This document shows positions 15,364 through 23,911 of a DNA stretch of 26,769 nt, piece after piece (positions within the stretch are counted from its first letter, which is position 1; every line of letters begins with the position of its first letter). Source of the stretch: a virus (Duplodnaviria > Caudoviricetes); IMG/VR virus record IMGVR_UViG_3300045557_000076, positions 1 through 26,769 of that record; one strand, written 5' to 3'. The notes below the pieces were generated by a model. It was not told the DNA's origin and searched no databases. It saw only the letters and a list, made by a program, of their open reading frames with translations. The position numbers and the translations under genes are program-made.

Positions 15364-15789
15364 ATGTTACGAGTAACCACTGTAAAGGAGCACGTCATGT
15401 CTCCAAGGAAAGGGGAACACCCCCAAAAAAGGAAGGAAAAAATCCAACGATTACCAAGGATACATAAAGGAACCGACGCAAATTATATTTATATTTATGA
15501 TAAAGAATGGCTCAAAACTGTTCTATTACAAAGATGTCCAAGCTGCCAGGAACCCCTCACCAAAAAAGGTATTAAAAGGGAATGCAGCAAAAACACAAAC
15601 CACTTTTTACTATACGGTAATCCCATCCCATCCGCATACAACCGTCAATTACAAGGTACAACTCAGATAGAGTATTATGGTTTCTGTGACGAATGTTTCC
15701 AGCCCACGTTCAGGGATTATGACCGTGGGGAGATAGTTTGCAGCGCCTGTGGTTTATTACAGGATGATGAACTACCAGATATTATTTAA
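15364..15789 (+). CDS. Protein with C-terminal TFIIB-type zinc ribbon and a second Zn-binding motif
   Basis: CDEC-x5-DYDRGEIVCSACGLLQDDE matches the TFB N-terminal ribbon consensus; also CPSC...CSKNTNH; start may be 15397. Confidence 0.8.
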   Translation: MLRVTTVKEHVMSPRKGEHPQKRKEKIQRLPRIHKGTDANYIYIYDKEWLKTVLLQRCPSCQEPLTKKGIKRECSKNTNHFLLYGNPIPSAYNRQLQGTTQIEYYGFCDECFQPTFRDYDRGEIVCSACGLLQDDELPDII

Positions 15790-16015
15790 TTCTCCTTTCG
15801 TCACTAGGGGGTTAAAATCTCCCATTTTCCACCTATACTTTTAATTATTACCCTTTTTATTAGAGGTGGTAAATACTAGCCCCCCATTATTGGTAGTTTC
15901 AACCATTTTTTTCCTCCTAAGAAAAAAATACAACCTCAAATGATATCACCAGCCCAATGGGGGGGCTAAATCCTACTCATTTATAATAATAATACAACAA
16001 TAAGGAGATGAAATA

Positions 16016-16171
16016 ATGGATAAAGACATAATAACAGCAGAAATAGTAGTCATAGTAGGAGCACTAAGCACAGTAGCCCTATACATGGGACAAGTAGAAC
16101 TCGCAGCCGTAGGCCTAGGTGGACTAGTAGGATTCATAAGCCAAAACAAACTCAACGAAACTGAAACATAA
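16016..16171 (+). CDS. 51-aa two-TM membrane protein, holin-like (not in ORF track)
   Basis: AGGAGATGA SD; MDKDIITAEIVVIVGALSTVALYMGQVELAAVGLGGLVGFISQNKLNETET. Confidence 0.65.
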   Translation: MDKDIITAEIVVIVGALSTVALYMGQVELAAVGLGGLVGFISQNKLNETET

Positions 16172-16192
16172 ACACTAAATGGGTGAGGCGGG

Positions 16193-16429
16193 ATGGAAAA
16201 ACACGACTGTATACAAGAAAAACGACTAACCAGGATAGAATCAGACCTGGAAAAAGAAGCCCGAAAACATGAAGACCTACGACAAACCATAAACGGCAAA
16301 CTAGACGACATATACAAAGCAATACAAAACGGCGATGATAAAAACACCAAATACATCTTCATGGTACTAGGGATGTTCCTAGGAGCACTCATAAGCGTAA
16401 TCGGCTTCTTCGTAGCATTCATAAAATAA
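16193..16429 (+). CDS. XhlA/hemolysin-like membrane protein (coiled coil plus C-terminal TM)
   Basis: GGTGAGG SD; RLTRIE heptads then YIFMVLGMFLGALISVIGFFVAFIK. Confidence 0.7.
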   Translation: MEKHDCIQEKRLTRIESDLEKEARKHEDLRQTINGKLDDIYKAIQNGDDKNTKYIFMVLGMFLGALISVIGFFVAFIK

Positions 16430-16477
16430 CAAACTATTCTTTTTTACAATTACAATAAACTTTTCAAGTGAACAGAT

Positions 16478-16939
16478 ATGGAAGAGGAACCGATCCATCT
16501 TGATGCTTTTGAAACATACTTCAAATTGAGGCAGTCTGGAAAAGGTAAAACAGAAGCTGCAATCGGAACTGGATCGGAACATGGTCGGACTAAATCGACC
16601 ATATTTGAGTGGAAGAAAAACTTTAACTGGGATGACCGAGAAGCTGTAAGAAGTGCAGATATAAACAGAGAAGTTCAACAGAACACTAACAGTGTCATAA
16701 TTGACAATAAAACCAGTTACCTTATTTATGCACATAAACTACTTGATAAAATTTTAATTAAAGATAAAGATGGAAATGTTACAGGTATTAACCTTGATAT
16801 TAAAAGCATATCTGACTTTGAGAAGGTTACTAAATTATGTTTACTGCTCCAAGGAGAGGATACTGACAGAGATGACAACGGACTAAAGGAGTTTGCAGAT
16901 GTCCTCCAGCAAAGCCGGGAAAAAGCAGGTAACCAGTAA
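16478..16939 (+). CDS. terS: Terminase small subunit (putative)
   Basis: N-terminal HTH (GRTKSTIFEWKKNFNWDDR); immediately upstream of and overlapping terL. Confidence 0.75.
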   Translation: MEEEPIHLDAFETYFKLRQSGKGKTEAAIGTGSEHGRTKSTIFEWKKNFNWDDREAVRSADINREVQQNTNSVIIDNKTSYLIYAHKLLDKILIKDKDGNVTGINLDIKSISDFEKVTKLCLLLQGEDTDRDDNGLKEFADVLQQSREKAGNQ

Positions 16940-18254
16940 GTTCGACTTTGGACTTATCAGTCCTAAGGGCTTGGATAGTATTGACCATAGTAACGCCTGG
17001 TTAAATATCTGGTATGGTGCAATCAGGTCATCTAAAACGATTTGTAGTATACTTGCATGGATTTTCTTTCTTTCAATCAGTCCACATACAGAATTCCTAA
17101 TGTCTGGGAGGACACGTGGTTCACTCTACCGTAATGTATTACTGCCCTTTTTCAAAATCCTTAACGCATTGAGTATTAAATATTATTATGACCGTGACCC
17201 TGAAAAGCCAGCGATCCATATTGGAAACAAGATAATATGGGTCCTTGGATACAGCAATGAACCTGTATCTGAAAAGATAGTAGGAATGACACTTGGCGGT
17301 TGGTACGCTGATGAAATCAATACACACCCCACACAGGCAATAGAAGATACACTGGACAGGATGAGCCTTGAAGATGCACGGGCATTCTGGACTTATAACC
17401 CTGATGTTCCAAAGGAATATGTTAGTGCTGAGTACACCTTTAACGAGGAAAAAATCAATCAGGGTTTGATTAAAAGATGGCATTTTATTTTATCTGATAA
17501 CCTAAATTTACCACAATCTTATCTCGATACATTATACGCTCGTTACCCTGTTGATAGTGTAAGCTATAAGCGTAAAATCCTTGGTATACCTGCAATTCCA
17601 GAAGGAGCTATTTATGATCAATTCAGTGAGGCACGGCACACATTTACTAATGATGAGATCCCGTACTCTGATTACAGTTATTATGTGATCGGTACTGATG
17701 AAGGAAGCGGTTCGACCCGTGTTTGTGGATTGTTTGGAATACAACGACAAACCACCGGTGACGAGTACCACCTCCTTGATGAAGTCTTCTGGGATGTTAG
17801 TAAGCATGATGGAAGACAATTAACCAATAAAGAACTTGTATATGGCCTGAGAGAATATAATTTTAAAGGCGTTATGCCAATGCTTGAAGGCAGACCTTTA
17901 CACGCTTTTATTACTTCTCATGATGCCTCAAACCTCCGAGCATACTTGAAACAGAAATATTACCAAGGTAAAATCCTACCGGTTAAGACCTACACACCCA
18001 AAACCATAGCTGATATTGAATCTATACGTGAAATAATTGCGGAAGACCGGTTTAAAATCAACAGTGAGAATTGTCCTAATACTCTAGAGCAAATCCAGAG
18101 ATATATCTGGGACCCTAAATTTTTAAAGCGTGGTGATAGTGTTGTTTATAAAAATGGAGACCACGGTCCTGATATGATACGAGGACCCATCCTGGGAACT
18201 CGAAACCTAAATAGTAATGGTTACACTCGTAGCCGGCACCGGAAACCCTTCTAA
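16899..18254 (+). CDS. terL: Terminase large subunit (PBSX-like)
   Basis: Walker A GAIRSSKT, Walker B WYADEI, TYNPD coupling motif, DNLNL, nuclease acidic residues GTDEG and DHGPDMIR. Confidence 0.93.
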   Translation: MSSSKAGKKQVTSKFDFGLISPKGLDSIDHSNAWLNIWYGAIRSSKTICSILAWIFFLSISPHTEFLMSGRTRGSLYRNVLLPFFKILNALSIKYYYDRDPEKPAIHIGNKIIWVLGYSNEPVSEKIVGMTLGGWYADEINTHPTQAIEDTLDRMSLEDARAFWTYNPDVPKEYVSAEYTFNEEKINQGLIKRWHFILSDNLNLPQSYLDTLYARYPVDSVSYKRKILGIPAIPEGAIYDQFSEARHTFTNDEIPYSDYSYYVIGTDEGSGSTRVCGLFGIQRQTTGDEYHLLDEVFWDVSKHDGRQLTNKELVYGLREYNFKGVMPMLEGRPLHAFITSHDASNLRAYLKQKYYQGKILPVKTYTPKTIADIESIREIIAEDRFKINSENCPNTLEQIQRYIWDPKFLKRGDSVVYKNGDHGPDMIRGPILGTRNLNSNGYTRSRHRKPF

Positions 18255-18305
18255 AAATAAACTATTCATTCTTATTTATCTTAAACTAAATGGAGACACC
18301 TAAAA

Positions 18306-19676
18306 TTGAACCTTAACGAATACTTCCACATCGGAAACCCACACCAACCAATGGTACTCGAAGCCGAACAGGGAATAAAAACAATCCGAAACATAGGCAA
18401 GCAGCACAGCCGCCGGGGCAACCCCAATATCGGCTGGCTCAACACCATGACCGGTGGCGAATACAACCCCGATAAGCTGGACTGGAAAGTCTACGACAAG
18501 ATGTTCCTAGACCCCCAGATCCGGAGCTGTATTAATTTCATCGACTACGCTAAACTCAGTAAGGATTGGTTCGTTACACCAGCCAGCACCGACCCTGAGG
18601 ATGTAATGGTTAAAGAGTTCGTGGAACACTGTATAAACAACCTTAGAACACCATTCCGATTAGTACGGAAAAACATGTATACATCGCTCCGATACGGTTA
18701 CAGTGTTGGTGAAGTCAATTATACTACTCGTATGTGGGAAGGGGAACTACGGATAGTACCGGATACCATCCAACCACTTCATATTGGGACGTTACAGAAT
18801 TGTTTTGAGTATAATGATGATAATACGGTTAAGAATGTTATACAGAGGCCATTAGGTGGTTATGCTGGTGAACCAATACGGATTCCCGGTGGGAAATGTT
18901 TGATTAATAGTTTTGATGAAATCTTCGCTAACAAATACGGAAACAGCGGACTACGAAGTGTTTATGATAATTACTTCATGAAAAAGAAAATCCTCAGATG
19001 GTGGGCTAATTACCTCTACAAACAAGAAGGACCTTCTGTTTTCGGTAAGAGCGAAAATAAAGGGGAGTTACAGGCAGGCCTCGATGCTATGAGAGAAGGC
19101 ACCCTCAGCTTTGTAGGTGAACCCACTGATGAGATAGAACTCATCGAATCACAGCACCGTGGCGAAGGATTCATGACTGCTATAGAGTACCATGACCATA
19201 TGATAGCCAGTAACTTCATGATAGGCAGCTTACTATTGGGTCAGGCAGGTAAACAAGGCGGGGCCTATGCCCTTGGCCAGACTCACCTGGACGTGGCTAT
19301 GCTTTACATGGACGGCCTTCATGAAGATGATGCTATTCCAATGCAGGAACAGATACGAACCTGGGTTGATTTTAATTTTACTGTTGATGAGTATCCACGC
19401 TTTACTTTTGATGCGTTTACTAAAAAAGATTTAATTAAATTGTTAGAGGTTCTTCAGCCTTATGCTAATGCGTTCTTAATCGATACGAAGAGTCAGAGTT
19501 GGATTGAACTCATGAAACAAGTATTCCATCAGTATGCGGATATTGAATATGAAACCGATGATGAAACCGAAGTAGCAAGTGAGACGGTGACTGATGAAAC
19601 ATCCTTGGATGAGATTGAGACTAATGATGAAGTGATGCCTGATATTGTTTCAGCGGTACAGGAAACACTACCATAA
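18306..19676 (+). CDS. Portal protein (DUF935/Mu gp29-like)
   Basis: Follows terL; YDKM..DPQI, YGYSVGEV, YGNSGLR..Y..YFMKK...W..Y, GAYALGQTH. Confidence 0.88.
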   Translation: MNLNEYFHIGNPHQPMVLEAEQGIKTIRNIGKQHSRRGNPNIGWLNTMTGGEYNPDKLDWKVYDKMFLDPQIRSCINFIDYAKLSKDWFVTPASTDPEDVMVKEFVEHCINNLRTPFRLVRKNMYTSLRYGYSVGEVNYTTRMWEGELRIVPDTIQPLHIGTLQNCFEYNDDNTVKNVIQRPLGGYAGEPIRIPGGKCLINSFDEIFANKYGNSGLRSVYDNYFMKKKILRWWANYLYKQEGPSVFGKSENKGELQAGLDAMREGTLSFVGEPTDEIELIESQHRGEGFMTAIEYHDHMIASNFMIGSLLLGQAGKQGGAYALGQTHLDVAMLYMDGLHEDDAIPMQEQIRTWVDFNFTVDEYPRFTFDAFTKKDLIKLLEVLQPYANAFLIDTKSQSWIELMKQVFHQYADIEYETDDETEVASETVTDETSLDEIETNDEVMPDIVSAVQETLP

Positions 19677-19691
19677 GACAGGTGATCAACC

Positions 19692-20528
19692 ATGGCACTT
19701 GATCCCCTGGAGACTCAGAACATACAATACATGAACCAGCTTATACAAACCATCCGAAACGACCTCACAGGTAATGCTCAACGTGCTAATACCATTAAAG
19801 ACTTCCTAGCACGTGTCGGTATCTATATTGAAGTTAACCCTTTTTTTACAACTGCATATGAACCTGCCACCATGGCTATTGTAGAGAGTATCCAATCAGC
19901 TATGAGCCAGGCCATGTCCGGCTTACCCCTTGGTGGTAATCGTGTACTCTTTCAGGAGGTTGCACGTAATTATACAATGGAAAAGGTCACGAATCTTGGT
20001 AATGATATGAAAACCCAATTAAAGGAGATAACCAGCCAAGGATTACGAGAAAGCAAAGCCCCTATGAGTATAGCCCAGGAGATGAGCCAGAAAGTCGCAA
20101 GTCTAGGACGTACACGGGCTGAGACTATAGCACAAACCGAAACACACCGGGCAAAGAACCTCGGGAACTGGTATAAGTACAAAGAAGCCGGTTATGAATA
20201 CTTTATGGTGAGTTATGCTGGTAACGCCTGCCCCTATTGTAAAAGGGCTTATGAAAATCGTGTGTTCCATATAGATGAACTCCGTTATTTACCGCCGTTT
20301 CATACTCGTTGCAGATGTGGAGCTAAGTTTTACAGGAACCTTTCAGACCTACCAGCAAGTGCAGTTATACTTAAGCCCGGTGGAACTGTACCTGAACCCA
20401 GTAAGGATGAACTAAAAGATTATCGTAAACAATTCCAGAAGCCTAAGAATCTCCAGGCCAGTATGCCAGACCGAGACACTTTACTACTTACTGATTTTTA
20501 TAAGCAGTGCTTAAGAATCACAGCTTAA
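19692..20528 (+). CDS. Minor head protein (Mu gpF/SPP1 gp7 family)
   Basis: RAETIAQTETHRA, CPYC, PPFHTRCRC. Confidence 0.9.
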   Translation: MALDPLETQNIQYMNQLIQTIRNDLTGNAQRANTIKDFLARVGIYIEVNPFFTTAYEPATMAIVESIQSAMSQAMSGLPLGGNRVLFQEVARNYTMEKVTNLGNDMKTQLKEITSQGLRESKAPMSIAQEMSQKVASLGRTRAETIAQTETHRAKNLGNWYKYKEAGYEYFMVSYAGNACPYCKRAYENRVFHIDELRYLPPFHTRCRCGAKFYRNLSDLPASAVILKPGGTVPEPSKDELKDYRKQFQKPKNLQASMPDRDTLLLTDFYKQCLRITA

Positions 20529-20543
20529 TTTATAAACTTTTTT

Positions 20544-21893
20544 TTGGAGGTGAATATAATTCGACACTATAAAGACAGCCAGGAATACCAACGAGACCAG
20601 CTCCGAGGTGCTATAAACCAGAAATACCCACACAAAGACGATGGAACTGGTTTTGACTTCAGCATCACAGCGACCTATCCAGATGAGAAGGTGGTGGTGG
20701 TCCATGATTGGCGTCTGGAAAAATACTATGAAATGCCATATTCAATCGAAAATGGTGAGGTCACCTTGGGTGAACTATTGGAAACTGATCATGATGAACT
20801 TTATATAACTAAGACTCAGATTGAAGCCCAATTAAGCGCCGCTAGTGCAAAAAACAAACCTGTTGGTATAGGGTGGAGTTCTGGTGTTCATAATCTTTTC
20901 ATTAACCAGAAACCAGCACGATTACTCGTACCACCCAAAACCATACTCCCTACTTTCCGACAGCTTAAAGACAAGCTAAGTGATAGCAGAGTGCCACTCG
21001 GTATAGATCACCTAGATGAGAAGATCCTAGATGAGAATAAGATCCTGGCAAAGATGAACCTACTCGATGTAGGGGATGTAAAAGAAGTAGCCACGGATGG
21101 CAAGGACATATACATCACTGATTCAACATTAACCAACCCATCAGTACAGAAATTACATAATCATGGTGAACTACCCGCATTTAGTATTGTCGGGCCTGTG
21201 AACGTGCATGAATGTGAACGTGAGGATATTGATTATGTTCTTGACAGTTTTAAAGATATTGAAAGAATTGATTTTGTAGAACAGGGAGGATGCCAGACCT
21301 GTAAAACCGGCATCGAACCAACAGAACTTATACTTGCTAGTAAATTATCTATGGAGGTAGATAACTTGACAGATGAAACAATTGTAGATAAATTAAAAAA
21401 ACAGCTGCAGGAAGATCCTGAAAAACTGAATTTTACACCGGATGAAATCAAAGAGTTAGAAGGACTCGCTGAAGATGACATCACTGTAAAAGGTTTACTG
21501 GAACTTTCAGGATTAACAGCTGACCCCGAAGAAGAATCTGAGGAAGTAGAAGAGTCTAATGTAAATGTAAATCCTACAGAGGAAACTGCAGTAGAAGCCC
21601 GCCTTGCAACTCTCGAAAAAGAAGCTAAGGAAGCTAAACTAGAAGCGCAGAAAGCAGTGATCACTGGTAAGATTGATGTGAAAATCAAGGAAGGAACAGT
21701 TAAACCCGCACAGCGTGAAGGATTACTGGAAGCTGGCTTATCAATGGACACTGAGAAGTTCGACAAGTACCTCGGTACTTTCACTGAGAAAGTAGTAGAC
21801 CTCGAACAGCATGCTCACCTCGAAGCCAGTGCACCTGATGGCGCCCCCAGTATGGAAGATTTAAGAGCTTCCAGGAAATCTGGAGGATACTAA
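20544..21893 (+). CDS. Prohead protease/scaffold (Mu gpI-like)
   Basis: Position; PLGIDH, PAFSI, IDFVEQGG motifs; acidic/coiled-coil C-terminal half with KIKEGTVKPAQRE; start codon uncertain. Confidence 0.75.
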   Translation: MEVNIIRHYKDSQEYQRDQLRGAINQKYPHKDDGTGFDFSITATYPDEKVVVVHDWRLEKYYEMPYSIENGEVTLGELLETDHDELYITKTQIEAQLSAASAKNKPVGIGWSSGVHNLFINQKPARLLVPPKTILPTFRQLKDKLSDSRVPLGIDHLDEKILDENKILAKMNLLDVGDVKEVATDGKDIYITDSTLTNPSVQKLHNHGELPAFSIVGPVNVHECEREDIDYVLDSFKDIERIDFVEQGGCQTCKTGIEPTELILASKLSMEVDNLTDETIVDKLKKQLQEDPEKLNFTPDEIKELEGLAEDDITVKGLLELSGLTADPEEESEEVEESNVNVNPTEETAVEARLATLEKEAKEAKLEAQKAVITGKIDVKIKEGTVKPAQREGLLEAGLSMDTEKFDKYLGTFTEKVVDLEQHAHLEASAPDGAPSMEDLRASRKSGGY

Positions 21894-21911
21894 AAAAAGG
21901 AGGTATGAAAG

Positions 21912-22430
21912 ATGATAAGTCAATCAATGAATGTAACCGGGAACGCATCCCAAATGACTTTCTTTGTCAATGAAGGGGCGTTTACACGTAACAATGAAAT
22001 AGACACCGACGAAGGCCTTAAACGTGGTGGAAGCTTCGCATCCCCTGGTAAGAAGGGCATGGAGATGCAGATATGCACCAGTGAAGATATGTGCGTAGAA
22101 CCTCTATCAACTGGTATACCCATTGGTAGGTTGATGGGAAGACCAAAAGGAAACCTACCCAAAGCTAACGCCGCTGAATTTGCCTATCCTATGAGGAAGG
22201 AGAAATTAGAAATCTATGGTGAGCTTGACTGGGTACAACTAGTTGATACACATGCAGAAGTCACCCCTGGAACTTACCTAGCAGTAGACCGAACCGACCC
22301 TTCTAAATATGTGATTGAAGAGGACGGCGCAACTAATGTTATAGCCCTGCAAACCCGGGCCGCAAATGAAACCGGTAACCTATTAGTATTTAGAAAAGGT
22401 GGCGGAGCTCCAGCGAGGGCAGCAGACTAA
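21912..22430 (+). CDS. Head decoration/cement protein (putative)
   Basis: Lies between scaffold and capsid genes; beta-rich, VIALQTRAANE. Confidence 0.55.
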   Translation: MISQSMNVTGNASQMTFFVNEGAFTRNNEIDTDEGLKRGGSFASPGKKGMEMQICTSEDMCVEPLSTGIPIGRLMGRPKGNLPKANAAEFAYPMRKEKLEIYGELDWVQLVDTHAEVTPGTYLAVDRTDPSKYVIEEDGATNVIALQTRAANETGNLLVFRKGGGAPARAAD

Positions 22431-22467
22431 ATATTATACTTTAAAAAAAATGGAGGCATGATATAAT

Positions 22468-23385
22468 ATGGCAAATGAAAACCCATTATCACCACTTAAC
22501 ATCGTACAAGACCAGTACGCCGCCCAATTATACGTAACAGATGAAGTAGTTAAAGGGCTGCGAATAGCCCCCAAACTAGGCTTCTCATCTATAACTGGCA
22601 AATCTGTACCTTGGTTTACACGTGAAAAGACATCTAAACAGATGTTCGACGAAAACCTGAAGATGGAACCACTCCCTAATGAGAAAGGAGATCTAATGAT
22701 GATTAGTGGTTCAGAGTTAACTCCTGATAACAAGAGGGTAGAAACCTTTGGATTCCGTTATGTTGTAGACAAGGAAGACCTTGAGGCTACTCCTGAACCG
22801 TTCTTAGCAGATATACAGGACCTTTGTTATGGTATTAGTAAAGCTGTTGAGGTGGATGTTGCTACTAAGCTTATAGCCGCTGCAACCGCATCCTCTGCGG
22901 ATGTGACTGGTGGAGTTTGGAGTACAAGTTCACAGATACCAGAGTGTTTAAGAAGTTTCAAATCGGAGTATATGAAACGTGACATCAACGGTTACTTGGA
23001 TTTACTCTTTGAACACGCTGACAACTATGATGAACTCGGTAACTTCATAGTAGCTAGCGAAGGACAGAACAACCTCAAAGAACAGGACAACATCATAGAC
23101 TACGCATCCATACAGAACACTTGGGCTGCTAACGGTATAGCTGAAGGTGCTGTCCTTGGTTGGTACAGTGGATTACCACCAGCTAAAGTAGTATTCCGTA
23201 AAATACCTGGAGCATACACCCCTATCACTCAGAAACCCGGTACTGAACAGTTCCCAGTTATCAACATGAAAATTATTGATAACGATGGTAAAGGAATGGA
23301 CCCCGTCCGTGACTTCAGATTTGGTGCATCTTGGGCTGTTCCTATTAACCGTCCTGCTAGTATATTCTATAAAACTGGAATCTAA
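22468..23385 (+). CDS. Major capsid protein (putative, HK97 fold)
   Basis: 305 aa, position in head module, GGAGG SD. Confidence 0.75.
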   Translation: MANENPLSPLNIVQDQYAAQLYVTDEVVKGLRIAPKLGFSSITGKSVPWFTREKTSKQMFDENLKMEPLPNEKGDLMMISGSELTPDNKRVETFGFRYVVDKEDLEATPEPFLADIQDLCYGISKAVEVDVATKLIAAATASSADVTGGVWSTSSQIPECLRSFKSEYMKRDINGYLDLLFEHADNYDELGNFIVASEGQNNLKEQDNIIDYASIQNTWAANGIAEGAVLGWYSGLPPAKVVFRKIPGAYTPITQKPGTEQFPVINMKIIDNDGKGMDPVRDFRFGASWAVPINRPASIFYKTGI

Positions 23386-23421
23386 AGATTCCTAATTAAA
23401 TTTTTTAGGAGGTTTTAGATT

Positions 23422-23844
23422 ATGACTTTACTTAAAACAGCCAGACAAGTTATGAATTTCGCCCGTAACCCATCTAAACTAGTTAGTTTGATATGGGATG
23501 AATTCACTGCCTTGGATGGTAGAATTGATGATGTTGAAGCTGGTACTGTTGCGGAGGGTAGTATTGATACTGCTGAACTTGCGGATGGTGCTGTTGAAAC
23601 GGATAAGATAGCAGATGACGCTGTTGATTCAGATAAATTAGCCATCTTTAATTCAACTGAACAGACGGGAGATGGTACAGCGCAAAGTATCGCTCATGGC
23701 CTTGGTGTTGAACCTGCAATTGTTAGAATAACCTTTTCTAGCATACCTGAGGGCGGAGCGACTTATACTTACACTAAGGGTTCTACGAATGTGAATGTCA
23801 CCGCAACCACAGGTGCTAAGTATTTTGTAGTGGCAATAGCTTAA
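23422..23844 (+). CDS. Virion fibre-like protein with 10-aa repeats
   Basis: GSIDTAELAD-GAVETDKIAD-DAVDSDKLA repeats; C-terminal QSIAHGLGVEP motif typical of phage fibre domains. Confidence 0.65.
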   Translation: MTLLKTARQVMNFARNPSKLVSLIWDEFTALDGRIDDVEAGTVAEGSIDTAELADGAVETDKIADDAVDSDKLAIFNSTEQTGDGTAQSIAHGLGVEPAIVRITFSSIPEGGATYTYTKGSTNVNVTATTGAKYFVVAIA

Positions 23845-23860
23845 AAAAAAATATTTCCCA

Positions 23861-23896
23861 CTTTATCTTTTTTTTTTAATATAATTTTTTTTATTT
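23861..23896 (+). terminator. Oligo-T tracts, probable archaeal terminator
   Basis: Runs of 10 and 8 T after the fibre-like gene. Confidence 0.45.
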
Positions 23897-23911
23897 GGAG
23901 GTTTCAATTTT

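Noticed and set aside
15973-16422. 149-aa minus-strand ORF
   Set aside because: Shadow of two plus-strand genes that have good SDs
8455-18254. Inteins in MCM or terminase
   Set aside because: Both proteins have normal length and uninterrupted motifs
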